Positions 9,601 to 20,785 of a stretch of 64,000 nt of DNA are shown here, one piece after another (positions within the stretch are counted from its first letter, which is position 1; the number at the start of each line of letters is the position of its first letter). The stretch covers positions 5,580,001 through 5,644,000 of the forward strand of contig OX337228.1 of the NCBI GenBank assembly GCA_946965045.2, in the 5' to 3' direction. The stretch comes from Epithemia pelagica. Taxonomy: Eukaryota; Protista; Bacillariophyta. A program made the position numbers and the translations under genes. The notes beneath the pieces were generated by a model. It searched no databases, was not told the DNA's origin, and saw nothing but the letters and a program-made list of their open reading frames with translations.

Positions 9601-10813
9601 TATGGGTTTCTCACCAAGCAAGGCAGATCCTGACATTTGGATGAGAAAAGCACCTGGGGAGGATTGCTACGAATACATCGCCGTATATGTGGATGACTTA
9701 GCCATCATAGCTACTGACCCTGGAAACATTTGCAAAGTCTTCAAGGAAAAGTACAACTTCAAGCTTAAGGGAGATGGACCTATTGACTATCACCTGGGAT
9801 GCCGGTACACCAAGGACCCTGACGGAACCCTAGTCTCTGATCCACGCCAATACATTAGCAAAATGATGGACACCTTCGAACGTATCTTCAAAGAGAAACC
9901 CAAGAAGGCTAAAACCCCTCTCATTGCTGGTGATCACCCGGAATTGGACGACACCGAACTCCTTGATGAAGAAGGTACACAGCACTTCCAGACCTTGATT
10001 GGACAGCTTCAATGGGTGATTACAATTGGTCGCTTTGATGTTTTTACTGCTACGATGACCCTTTCCAGGTTCCGCGCAGCTCCAAGACAGGGACATCTCA
10101 ACAGAGCTAAACGCATCTATGGATACCTTTTCAATCTTTCTGATGGTGCAATCAGATTCCGAATCGGAAAGCCCGATTTCTCAAGCATTCCAAGTCAAGA
10201 CTTTGATTGGAGTCGTACGGTCTATTCAGATGCCAAGGAATACATCCCTCATGATTGCCCAGAACCACTTGGACGATATGTGACGACAACGCACTATGTT
10301 GATGCTAACCTTATGCACGACATGATCACAGGAAAGTCTGTAACAGCCATCCTGCATCTCTTGAATGGGACACCAATTGATTGGTACAGCAAACGACAGA
10401 GCACTGTGGAAACGGCAACATATGGATCAGAATTTGTGGCAGCAAGGACAGCAGTCGACCAAATCACTGAATTACGGCATTCACTTCGTTACCTTGAAGT
10501 ACCAATCAGGGATCGCAGTTATCTGTTTGGAGACAATCGATCTGTGGTTGTTAACGCAACAATGCCTCATTCTATCTTGTCCAAGAGACATCATCTCCTT
10601 TCATATCACCGGGTACGAGAAGCGATAGCAGCGCAATACGTTGCATTCTATTGGAAGGATGGGAAGACCAACCCTGCCGACATCCTCAGCAAGCATTGGG
10701 AATTTGCAACTATTTGGCCTCTACTCAAGCCCCTATTGTTTTGGAGAGGAGAAGTTCAAGATCTCTACGAATCCAGCGATGACAAGGCTGAACCAACGAG
10801 CTGTGGGGAGTAG
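6686..10813 (+). CDS. Copia Pol (protease, integrase, RT, RNase H)
   Basis: PR LIDRGANGG; IN ATDSIF / ISDGG / AENR; RT ADIGNAYL and YVDDL; RH YVDAN / GSEFVA / FGDN / ADILSK. Confidence 0.95.
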   Translation: MTSTDLNHPASDLSNVLSNAASKTSKKVSFKQNEHKQKVHMTQYMFSRKSTYTGNQLIDRGANGGLAGADMRILSKTGRNITIVGIDNHELTGLPIVTCAAKFETNDGPIVGIFNEYAYYGKGQSIHAPCQLEHYGLSVDERSVKVDGKQRITTLDGRALPLCIKDGLAFIHSLGIPSDDDMDRLPQIIFTSPSTWDPSVLDHTHSDPQHDASTTWHQVATDGSMARYPYDTYGEYTDRVVCNLNLLLDLPYDHGPDNTTYFSIYADANGEDPTLQHASVHRRYVEEHDWKQFRPFFGWQSEEVIADTFKHTTRHANVIFDCDTLKKHFKARNPILNLPRRHEPVATDSIFSDTPAVDHGGKVAQIFVGRDTLVTDIYGIKSTKQFVNTLQDNIRMRGVMETLISDGGSSLISHKVKDILRTLLIGEYRSEPYHQHQNKAENRYQTVKRMTNAIMNATGCPANVWLLCLEYVCDLLNHSSSHAHSGRTPIEALTGHPPDISHLLFFPFWDEVYYRVDPSEPSSGPYPSSTDEKLGHWVGFAHNVGDAFTWKILSADNHILYRSAVRRVASTTPNLRVDRPSGETSPKDDTDKQADTVFIRSKSEDPSKPMPTIDYEDMIGRTFLCDTEENGERHRARVVKRVVDLNEESLKQEERIKYIYRKTNSDVDEMISYNQLMEYIERDNQAQTSGDNLFRFRDVIAHQGPLSSTDPDYKGSKYNLLVDWETGETTYEPLSLIANDDPITVAIYGKKHGLLNEPGWKHLKRYVKTSKRLIRAAKQSRIKQVRRSVKYKFGFQVPRDYAEAVNLDKQNGTTRWQDATELELSQIQSYETFKDHGKAIFTNGKVSNAPEGYQKIQVHLVFDVKHDGRHKARLVADGHLTKEPVETIYSGVVSIRNLRIALFLGSLNDLEVWGADIGNAYLEALTGKKLYIVAGPEFKELEGHILIIYKALYGLKSSGTRWHDVLFDVLTDMGFSPSKADPDIWMRKAPGEDCYEYIAVYVDDLAIIATDPGNICKVFKEKYNFKLKGDGPIDYHLGCRYTKDPDGTLVSDPRQYISKMMDTFERIFKEKPKKAKTPLIAGDHPELDDTELLDEEGTQHFQTLIGQLQWVITIGRFDVFTATMTLSRFRAAPRQGHLNRAKRIYGYLFNLSDGAIRFRIGKPDFSSIPSQDFDWSRTVYSDAKEYIPHDCPEPLGRYVTTTHYVDANLMHDMITGKSVTAILHLLNGTPIDWYSKRQSTVETATYGSEFVAARTAVDQITELRHSLRYLEVPIRDRSYLFGDNRSVVVNATMPHSILSKRHHLLSYHRVREAIAAQYVAFYWKDGKTNPADILSKHWEFATIWPLLKPLLFWRGEVQDLYESSDDKAEPTSCGE

Positions 10814-11576
10814 TAGAACTCTCACCGAAAATCATCGGTTAGGTTCGGCACCTCATCGGTTAGTCGAGTCCCGTGGCTTCAAACATCACCTACATCACCT
10901 ACATCCACACTACATACCTAGCTTTGCGCTAGCTCAACCTATATTTCGGTCGCATATACCAAAAAGTGAGAACAGATTGACGAACGTGCTATCACGAATC
11001 AACTTTGGTCTTGATATCCCATCAACGGATGATCATCCGTTGAACATCCAAGCCTGACCTATGCCCTAAGCGTGCGCGCCCAAATTCGTCAAGATGCGCG
11101 CAAGAACTATCCGAGCGTGGCGATCATGTATCCGACCCAACGGTCTAAGTACACAAGGCACGAATCACGATCACGCGAGACCATATCATCGTTCCCACTA
11201 TTTCAAGATTGCAAACAAGGACGCGCCAACAAAACTACAAATACCAACTTTAGCCAAGAATCGTTGAGGCTGTATATGATATACAAGCACATATACATGT
11301 TATATACCTCACATACATCAACTCCAACCATTCCAGACCTATCACCGCCAAGAACCTATTTCACACGATTGACAACAAGAATGGAAATCTCACACACCAA
11401 ACCTAGTAGTAAGCTCACAATCATTAACATTACCATATCATCACGTCTTCAGTGTCCTGACTATCCCTACGATAGAACCCTTGGGTTTCCTTTGTTCTCT
11501 GACCCGTGGAGAACCTTGGTATCAGTTGGTAATCGATTGTGGCTCTTCTAGAGCGTGTACTGACGGAATTCTACTA
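10811..11576 (+). repeat. Putative 3' LTR (about 766 bp)
   Basis: Starts right after the GGGGAG purine tract. Bounded by the 8-bp inverted repeat TAGTAGAA / TTCTACTA. No second copy in the window to confirm. Confidence 0.55.
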
Positions 11577-11790
11577 AGTTTGTGATTGGTCCCAGACGAG
11601 CTATGATTCTTATCTCATATTTTGCGTTTTCGACACAACACGACAATGTACTAAAGTATAATATGAAGGAATAAACTAGTAAATCTTAATGTCATACTGC
11701 AACTCAACGTACCATGGTATTCTTTTTCAACAATAACACACTTTCACCACAAGGAAAGATCTAAGTTTGATCGGCTTCTTTGTTCGCGAT

Positions 11791-14660
11791 CTAAATACCA
11801 GGTTTTTTCGTAGCCAGAAGCACTCTACGATAATCACCCTGGACGGCAACGCGATGGCCATCGAGCGTAAGGTTAACCCGAATGATCCCACTTGGGCGAT
11901 CACCAGGAATGTCCTTTTGATGGAAGTAGCACTCTGAAAGCCTTTGTCCAGAAGGTAGATTGTAGCTGTTCTTTGGCATGGGATCGTGGATGGTCCCATC
12001 TTTTCCTTGGTACACGTAAAAATGTGCACGTGGATTTCCCAGCTCTCCAGTCTTAAAGCCACCAGCATGGACAGTATCTCCTCGAACGAGGAGAAACTTG
12101 CCGTACGGGATTTGTACCACGTTACCCAACTCATGCGTATAGTTCTCGTGCTTCTCAGCACGGTAGCTCCACAATTCAATGGACATACCCTCCTCCGTCA
12201 GGGGCATAAAAACAATGAAGGGGATGCGTTCCCGGAGTGGCAGATCTGAGAACGATCGCCGAGTCATCCTTTTGCTTTTTTGTTGCTTCCCGGATGGCGT
12301 TTTTGGACTCTCGGACATGTTTCCTGTTACGGCCGGGAACAAGAAGTCGATGTGAGGTTCTTGCACTTCTTCCCGAGTGGATTTCATAAGCGAAAGGTGA
12401 ATGCTCATTTGGTCTGCAAATGATTCATCTTTTGCGTACTTCATTCCATGGAGAGCTGAGGCAAGAAACTGCTTGAAATCTGTCGTGACTTTTTGGACAT
12501 GTTCTGGGTCGCAGTCGTTGAAGTACCGAGTGTTGGCCACCATGCCCTCATGTTCCATCATCGCCATCAACAAATTTGGGGTGTAGTCTTGAACAGATTT
12601 GAAAAAGGTGCCCTTTCCTTTACTGTTCAGGTGTTTGCCTTTCCACACTTGCTCCAGCAACTGGAGGAGGTCTGGCGGCGTTGTAAAAAAACAGCCTCGA
12701 TAGATTTTGTTTTCACTATCGTATAGCGATTTGAAATACTTCTTGCGCAATTCTCTATTTTGCAACATCTGTTGCTTTTGCCATTCACCCTCCTGCATTA
12801 ACTCGTCGATCGCATTCATCTCCGGAGCAAAAGAATTGTCATCCGACATCTCCTGATCAAAAGAATTGTCATCCGTGGTGTCACTTTCTGAAAATTCTGG
12901 CAAGGCAATTACTCGTACTAACATTCCAGAAAGGGAGCGATCGGGTCGAGTGGCGGGTTGAGCTTGTGCTGCAGGTGGGACGGGATTGCTCGGACGCTCC
13001 GGTGAGCCTACGACCGGCTGGGTCGTGCGTTGTTGTTGCTGCGATAAAGGCAGAGCCCCCTGGTAACCTCCTCCATAATGGGGTTGATTATAGGACGGGG
13101 GATGCCCATGGTAATGCGGCTGAGGATGATGCGGCGGCGGAGGATGATGCGGCGGAGGATGATACGAAGGAGGATGATGATGATACGAAGGAGGATGATG
13201 ATGATGATGCGGCGGAGGATGATACGAAGGAGTATGATGACGATGCGGTGGATCATAATATGGCGGAGGATGAGGATGATGCGGTGGATCATAATACGGC
13301 GGAGGATGAGGATGATACGGCGGAGGATGATGTGGTGGCAGCTGAGGGGGCGAATTGTAGTGCCCAGAAACGTCTTGCAGAGGAGGCGGAGAAGGAAGAG
13401 CAGGAGGACGAGCAACAGCAGCAACTGGGCGGAAAACAGTAGTAGAAGAGGTAGCGAAAGCCTTCTTTGTTTTTTTCCCGTCGTCTTCATTTTCATCACT
13501 GGGTCGACCGCGTTTCTTTCCCTCGTCTTCGTCGTCGTCACCTTTCGTCGACGGTCGGATAACCTGTTCGGAGGACGTCGGCGATTCGTCCGAAAGGTTA
13601 TAAAACAAAGACAGCTCGTCGCCCTTTTCGATCGGCTTGATTGCCTTGACTAGAAGATTCGGCATGATTCTCACGTTGTAATGATCATCCGATTCATCCG
13701 GTGGATTGTCTGTACCGTACCGATGGTGTAGGTGGTCGTTGATTAAGTGCAGCCCCATGCCGAAGTGATCGTCGTTATCTGCTTGAAGCCTTCGATTGTC
13801 ACGTCCGAACTGAATCGCGTACTCGTTGGGTACAACTGTCCGAGACGTGACGTCGTTTCCCGTGTACACACCAATCACTTCACCATCTTTGATTGTCCGA
13901 ACTGCAAAAACGCCAAACCCGCGCCTGGGAGTTTTGACTCCTTCACCTCAAACAGAAGCACTTTTCCAAGGTAGATCTTGACTACCGGATTGTTCGCAAA
14001 TGTGTAACCGACATGCTTGCCGATCGGGAAGGTATGTTTTCTGTTCTTCTTGACAGGGAGACCCATTCCACTCGAAAGTGGCACAATCTTCCCCTTTTGC
14101 AAGCCAGAACCGGGCTTCCGAATTGGAGCTTCTTGGACCGAAAAAGTGGCCAAAATCTTCCGTGAGACATACTCTCCCATAGCACAGGCAAGTACAGCAC
14201 TGTCTTTGATCTTGGAGAGCGTCTTGAGGCCTTCGGTGAAAGTCCTGATTGGATCCCGTCCAGAACGAGAAGGGAGTTTCTCCACTTCCTCGATGCCTTT
14301 CTTGTAGTCCGCTGTGCGCGTATCGATGAGGAGCTGCCGCATTTGAGTTTCCGAATACTGTTTGCTGTGGTCCTTCTCTGGATGGCCACGCCGAACATCT
14401 GCAAGCTTTTTATCCTTCACTTCGGCAAAGTCTTGATCCGAAAGAAACCGATGGTGCTTTGTTGTTGTCGCTTCGTCTGTTGCTGCTGCTTCGGGTGCTG
14501 CGGCTGCTGCTGCTTCGGGCGCCGCTGCTGCTTTGGCTGACTGCTCTTCCGCTGCATCTATTGCAAGTATAAGAGCGTCAAGATTTCCTTTGTCACTCAT
14601 GCTGTCTCGTTTTTGAGCGCCTGCTTTTGAATACTGTTTCTTAGGGCTTGGTTTCCCCAT
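11791..14660 (-). pseudogene. SET-domain plus 2OG-Fe(II) oxygenase-like fusion, broken by a 1-nt deletion (or sequencing indel)
   Basis: Adding one base at 13913-13914 gives EVKESKLPGAGLGVFAVRTIKDGEVIGVYTG, then LINDH and IKPIEKGDELSLFY (SET). C-terminal PHID, GDTVHAGG and NPRAH (HxD..H..R). Confidence 0.65.
13115..13335. repeat. Low-complexity coding repeat (Pro/His/Tyr on the minus strand), including a 36-bp tandem pair
   Basis: GGAGGATGAT iterations. 36-bp units at 13245-13280 and 13281-13316 differ at one base. Confidence 0.85.
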
Positions 14661-15072
14661 GGTCGAAACGCAAAAACTCGAAACACGAAACACAAGAAAC
14701 ACGAAACGCAGCATTCTCCTCAGCCCTCAGCTCACATTCCAAAAAAAAAATCTTGAGCTCACATACTAAAAAACGGTGAAGTTTTGGTATGTGGGCTGAG
14801 TTACTTAAGGATTTGCGTGCCAGTTTTGCGATGCGTGCGCGTTTTCGGAGAGGGAGGCGTGTTTCGCGCGAGGTCTGCTCCGAAAATCGTCCATTTTCTC
14901 GCTCTCTCACATTTTCGAGGTACTTACAAACTGATAATCCAACACGCAACACGAGCACGCAACACGGAAGTGATCATTGATACCAATAACTGACAAGAAA
15001 TACATTCAATAAAATGGATTGCTGTTATAAATAGTTAAGTTACATGCATTTTGATGATAAATGGAGATTAGA

Positions 15073-18000
15073 TCAGGTTTCTACTGCACCAGATCCTTGC
15101 GTTTCTCTCCAGAGACGTGAGATGAAGCCATGATCTTGGTCGAAGGCGGATCGGTGACACTTGATTGCTTTTGACATCTTTTCAATTTCGGCATACGAGA
15201 GGCCCGCAGCTGCATAGTCTCTGTTGTTGGAATTTTGATCGTATAACAAGTACGCGAGCATATAGCGACGTGCCTTTGCTGACATTTTCCGCATGATTTC
15301 GGGTGTTGTTTTCTTCAGGCTCGCTGTCAAACATCGTAAAAAGGCAGCTTTGTCTTTCTTCTCATTCAGTGAGAAAGCACGAAAGACTTTTTTTGAGTAA
15401 CCCCAGCCATACTCGATCCCCTCACCGGCCATTTCACAGTGATACTTGGTCGATACGAGAATCTCGATCCTGCAACGATGTCGTTCAGACAAGTCTTCCG
15501 CCAGCTTCTCCATTGCAGATTTTTCGTTCTTGAAATTGGAGCATTCGCTCATCAGATGAACCATAGAGTACTTTTTGTAGTCCGCCTGATAGGCTTCTTT
15601 CACAGTCTTCTTATCCGCTTCCAACCATGCATCTCTGGTTGTCTTGACGTACTTGATCATGTTGTTAGGGTCTATCCACCCCCGCTCCCATAACACTTGA
15701 AAGAGCCCTTTTGCAGCATTCATCCAGCCTTCCTCGATCACATCATCTTCAATCACCGTTGCAATGTTGGAGCGTTTACAAAGGTCCTGTAGTTCACCAG
15801 CATTTTCGATTGAAATGAACGTTGCATTCCAGGTCCCATGACCCGGACAAGTTTTGCCATGAGCTCCTTCTTTGTGAGGTTGCGCTTTTTCTTTCTACCA
15901 GTTCGGTGTGTATTCTTCGATGCGACACGCTGCGCGTCATTGAGACGATGGCCTTTTTTAGCAACTGGACCACGATCGTTCTCCTGATAGACGAGGTGTT
16001 GTACGTCACCAACTCGTAGTTTGTCGTCATGGTTGTACGGGCCAAGGCAAGCTTGATCAATAATTTGTGTGTCCCGCATGCTGGGAACAGCTCCTCCCCA
16101 GTCGTTATTCATGTTCAGAGCATTTAACCCATCGGATTGTTGTTTTCCATGACCACTGCTTTGGTCGAACAAAAAGACAAAGTCATGGGCGGGGAACATG
16201 ACCACGAGGCAATCAACAATATCCTCCAACTGCAAGGCCATGTATTCATAATTCCAATATCCCTCTTTATCTGCTCCGTATTCAAAAAAGCGAGTGAACG
16301 GTTGGGCATTGGTAATTGGAGTCTTGGCAGTGTGACCATTGAGGTTCACTGCAGCCTCGGTAGAGACGTATTTGTTGTGTGTCGCATGTAGACGGAGTTC
16401 ATTAATCCGAAATAGACTCGCAGCAAGCAACGGGTTTCCGTTCATAAGGAAGCCCCATGATCGGCTTACAAAAGCGCTGATCATCATCCCATGTCCATCA
16501 TCCTTTGGCAGCATTTTAGTTGCGCCATCTTTAGTGTACCATGCCTTAGACGAGAAGGAAAACTGCTTGTAGATTGATTCGTCCTGGCCGATGAGGATGA
16601 CAGGTTTGCGGTCGGAGGGAAACCTGTGTGACAAGTTTCCATTGTGAATTGTGTTTTCTGGTTTGATGTACCGTTCAAATTCGCTTGGGAAGGCATCAAC
16701 ATGGTACTCCCGCATCTGCTTGCCTGTTGTTACATCAGTGTACTCAAATACAAAGCTGTTTGGCAAGAGCTTCTCCTTGCCCGCATTCCCTTCGTTTTCA
16801 AGTTTGATTGCATCCTCGGTAGGGAGCTGCACCCACCGATACGACAGCTCTTCCCACTTAAAGTACTTCTTGACAAAAGCAGCTCTGTGGGCAACATTCT
16901 CAGCATTTTCGTGTCCATCAGTGAAGTATGTTTTCGTGTGTTCCTTGAACACGAACCCTGCAGCAGCAATACATCGCCACGCTGTGCTTTGCGAAATGGT
17001 GGAAAGCTTCATCGATGCCAAGAAGGCCTCGTACGATACTGGCGTTGCATTCGTATCCATGCACTCTTGTACGATCATGGTATGCATATCCGGAAGCAAT
17101 GTTGTCCTCAGGTACATTAGAGCAGACTCTGTTGTAAGAGTGCTCAGGTTTTCCTTTGCCCAGCATTCAAACTTTACCTTTGCTTCAGGTATGTGAACGA
17201 ATAAGACGGGCGATGGCTCTTTCCCAATATGAACGTGGTAGTTGGGATGAGGGAAACTGTCGTTTTCCCGAAAGTACCTGTGAAAACGAGCAATGGTCTT
17301 GGGATGTTTTTTTACTTTTTCACCATAAATCTGTTCCATTTTGCTAATGGCTTCGCTTATGCAGTTCAGCCATGTTCGACCGTGTGGCATATCAAGCAAC
17401 GCTATCTTATAAGAAAGTTGTAAATACGTTGCCTTGAGCAGTACCCTCTGTTGCTGTTCCTGGTTGAGGGGGAAGATGTCTCCCTTGTTAACCACATTCG
17501 GAAGTGCCTCCACGTTGGAAATGGCCCTTTTAAGGGTTTCTATCCATCGCTCAAGATTTCGTTTTGACGATCCTGGAGAATCGCATTTGCCGGCAAAGAG
17601 CCTACGGTTCCTTGGCTCATCAAAACAGGCGCTTTCCATTTGTTGCGATAGACCTTGGATCATCTCACTCTCGAAAACTGAAAAACCAATCGGCAAACTC
17701 TGTGGATGGTCATGGCTGATTTCGTTTGTGGCCAATTCAGGATGTTGGATTGCTCCAACAAGCACCTGATTTGTGTTGTCGTGAGGTGGTGACGTTTGCA
17801 TTTCGGTAGGGCTGTCTCCAATTTGTGGCGGTTGACCATGTTGCTGCGTTGCAGTGCTCTTGATTGCTGGTGGAGTTGAAGTGTTTCTTGCTTGCTTGGA
17901 TGTATTTAGCGTGCCTTCACGCAACCCTGGTGACTCTTCGTTCCTTCGCTTCGTTGGCTTCGCTCGTCCCGACCGCCGAATCACATTCTCGGCTGCAGCC

Positions 18001-18416
18001 TCCAGCCATTCTTGATGATCGTCCAACATCACTGGCCCTGTTGTTGTGTCGGAGCTTACATAAAAGAATGTGTATCTTTTATTGTGGATTGTGACTTTGT
18101 GGCGGTACCAGCCAAACTTGTTTGATTCCGACACCTTAGTTTCGAAACAGAGTTTAAGAACAACATCTTTAGTCAAAACAAGATTCAGTCTGAATGGCGA
18201 CAGTCCTGGCAGCCAAGTGTGCATGAAGTTCACAATCTGGGTGTCTTGGATCCACTTGTTGCAGAACCCAAACGAGGATGGGGAGCATTGCGTCTTAAAG
18301 ACGTCAAGAATCTCTTGTGCCGATAAACTTCGTTCCATCCGAGACTGTGTTGCGTGGGATGAGTCGGATGATCGCGTCATTGAGTATGATGCCAACCCCG
18401 TACCTTGTAGCGCCAT
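15073..18416 (-). mobile_element. IS630/Tc1/mariner-type DDE transposase gene with one frameshift; TIRs not found
   Basis: ILIGQDES (D), FLFDQSSGH (D), KYHCEMAGEGIEYGWG (E); KGLFQVLWERG. Two overlapping ORFs differ by one missing base near 15760-15870. Confidence 0.72.
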
Positions 18417-18774
18417 TGGGGGTGGTTCAAGTAAACCCTAAAGCATCCGGATGCAGCTCGGCTACAAGGTAGGCGGTTGGGATGGCCCTCCACCATGGTC
18501 GTTAGACAACAACCGTTTTTTCATCATTTTCGACAGAATTCTAGCGTTCGGAAGCTGTCACACATCACGGTACGAATAAAAAATTTATTATTCAGACACT
18601 GGGTTGTCACGAGTCGGACACTTTCATTCACTAGTCAGGCCAAACGCTATTGAGGATTATATTTTATGGTACTAAATCTACGAGGGGTCTACGTCAGGAA
18701 CATACTCCCTGAACTCAGCTTGTATGCAGAAAATTTACATGGCGTCAGTCTGTCGTCCGCTCCATTTTTGTGAT

Positions 18775-18900
18775 GATCGCATCTTGCGGGAAGATACTGA
18801 AAGATACACAATCATCAACTCTCAACACCATGGGCTTGATCGCATCTTGCGGGAAGATACTGAAAGATACACAATCATCAACTCTCAACACCATGGGCTT
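18775..18900 (+). repeat. Perfect 63-bp tandem duplication over the FKBP start codon
   Basis: 18775-18837 is identical to 18838-18900. Confidence 0.95.
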
Positions 18901-19377
18901 CACGAAGCAAATTCTTAAGGCAGGCAACGGGCTTAAGCCTCAACGAGGACAAAGAGTTACCGTTCATTGCACAGGATTCGGCAAAAACAATGATTTGTCG
19001 CAAAAGTTCTGGTCCACCAAAGACCCTGGTCAAGAACCGTTCACCTTTGCCGTTGGTTTGGGACAAGGTACGATCGTGCTTGTTGCCACATGTTCTTGTC
19101 ATATCTGTGGTATTCATTTGGTGGCTTGCCATACCTTTTCTATTCTGACTTGTTGGGTTCATTGACGTTTGCGGTCTGACCATCATCTGATAATACAATC
19201 GTTCTCATGTCAGTGATCAAGGGATGGGATGAAAGTGTGATCGACATGTCTATCGGGGAAATCGCAAAGATTCATTGCTCGCCTGATTATGCCTATGGAT
19301 CAGGAGGCTTTCCTGCATGGGGAATCATGCCAAACTCAGAACTGGTCTTTGAGATCGAAATCCTAAAGTACGCTTAG
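18893..19377 (+). CDS. FKBP12: FKBP12-type peptidyl-prolyl isomerase, 2 exons (intron 19068-19213)
   Basis: [16 protein letters not shown]|[28 protein letters not shown]. Confidence 0.92.
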
Positions 19378-19577
19378 AACATCTAAACGTCTGCCACTAG
19401 TTCTCATTCTATTGACTGAATTGGGTTTACGAAATTAGGTCAGTTCATGCAATCCAGTGCGACGATGTCCCATTCGCCTTTACCAGGAAGAACCATCATT
19501 TCTACGTTGCCCATTTGAGCAAACTATTTGTTGATCGGGTTCTTCAAAATAAAAAGGCATCTCATATCGGTGTGTGA

Positions 19578-20785
19578 CTATTTCTGCTTGGCTTTAAGCA
19601 GAAAATGCCACCCCTTGCACGTTGTCCCATCGAACAAAACTGTGTTGTTGCCCGGTATCCCTTTCCCAGATATGGCTTTGATGATTTCGTTTCCAACCAT
19701 TCCTCCAATGACAGAGCATACCGGGACGATTTCGCAAAGAGCCTGTTTAGCCATCTTCCGAAGTTCCGCCTCGGCACACAGATCATTGTCCAACAACGAC
19801 GGTGAAAATTCCGCCAACCAATCTTCCCGAATGTACTTGACAAATTCATCAGCGTCAATTCCCAGCTTTTGGACTGAGGGCCACCGTCGCTTGTGTTCAA
19901 GATATACCAAGAGTAGTTTATGGTACAGAAAAGACGGTGGAGGCGTCGACTTGTGAAAACGATTGACTGCCAAATGAAGCGGAACTGCCCACATATCAGC
20001 CAATGGAACGTACGGTTCTAGCGTCTTTGCATCCATCAACTCTTTTCCCTTTTCTGGTCTGTACACATGTGATTTACCCAAGTCCACCCAACAAGACCCA
20101 TGCCATCCAAAGCTATCCACCCAAAAAAACTTTTGCCCTGGTATCAGCTTGGAGGAAATTGCTAGGGCTTCACTCGGAGTCAAACGTGAGGCCACCACGA
20201 CTGTGAAGGATCGCAGGATCTCTTCGTTGGCCACTAGATCCGATACTGAGTGATTCACGAGTTCGCAGGCCCCCAGTAGGGGATTCAAATCTTCAATGGC
20301 AGGTTGAACCAGTTCCCCAATGGTCCCATACTTGGTTCGTTTGTTGCTGCTATCCGAATCGCTATTTTCTTCAAAAGTTTGGCCCGCCCAAAAAAAGCTT
20401 GGTGTTTGACTCAAAAACTCTTTGGATTCGTCCACCTTTCGTACATCACAGACGGCAGGACGTATTCCAGCCAAAACTAAGTTTTTGATAATTTCGCTCG
20501 ATACACCCGTAATGTGAATGTAGAGAACTTTTGCTTGGCTCATTTTTGCCTGATACGAAGAGTTGACGTTGCGAAACCAGGGTGTCGATATGGCGTAAGA
20601 AAGGTCGGTACGGGCACTCCGAAACGGGTTCGTCACCTCTTGAACCCCAACATTCTTCTTACCTGAGCATCGGCACCCCACAGACGAATCTGACGGTCGT
20701 AGACATCAGATTCGGAGCGTTTCGTCGAACTCTCATCACTGGCTGGTACATCCCTGTTTGTGGTTGTCTTGTCCAAAGTCGCCAT
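19578..20785 (-). CDS. SAE1: SUMO-activating enzyme subunit 1 (ThiF/E1 family), spliced
   Basis: Exon 1 VYDRQIRLWGADAQ, intron about 20663-20550, then SEIIKNLVLAGI and PVCSVIGGMVGNEIIKAISG. Confidence 0.85.

Larger units (their letters stand above)
4934..11576 (+). mobile_element. Ty1/Copia LTR retrotransposon (diatom CoDi-like); 5' LTR not in window
   Basis: Gag-like ORF, then PR-IN-RT-RH in Copia order. Purine tract GGGGAG at 10805-10810. Leader contains CACATCCGGGTT three times. Confidence 0.92.

Noticed and set aside
11517-11526. TGGTATCAG resembling a tRNA-iMet primer-binding site
   Set aside because: Only 9 nt match, and it lies at the 3' end of the element inside the putative LTR; probably chance.
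11072-11551. 159-aa ORF downstream of pol (env-like?)
   Set aside because: No true ATG start, no TM segment or motif, and it lies within the putative LTR.
12966-13653. D/E-rich and R/M-rich ORFs on the plus strand
   Set aside because: Shadow frames of the Pro/His repeat in the minus-strand SET gene.
11648-18676. GTACTAAA direct repeat as a possible TSD around the SET and transposase genes
   Set aside because: No TIRs inside it, and an 8-bp TSD does not fit a Tc1/mariner-type enzyme.
18679-18712. TACGAGGGGT and TACTCCCT, resembling mariner/Stowaway TIR starts
   Set aside because: They face away from the transposase, and I found no partner repeat.
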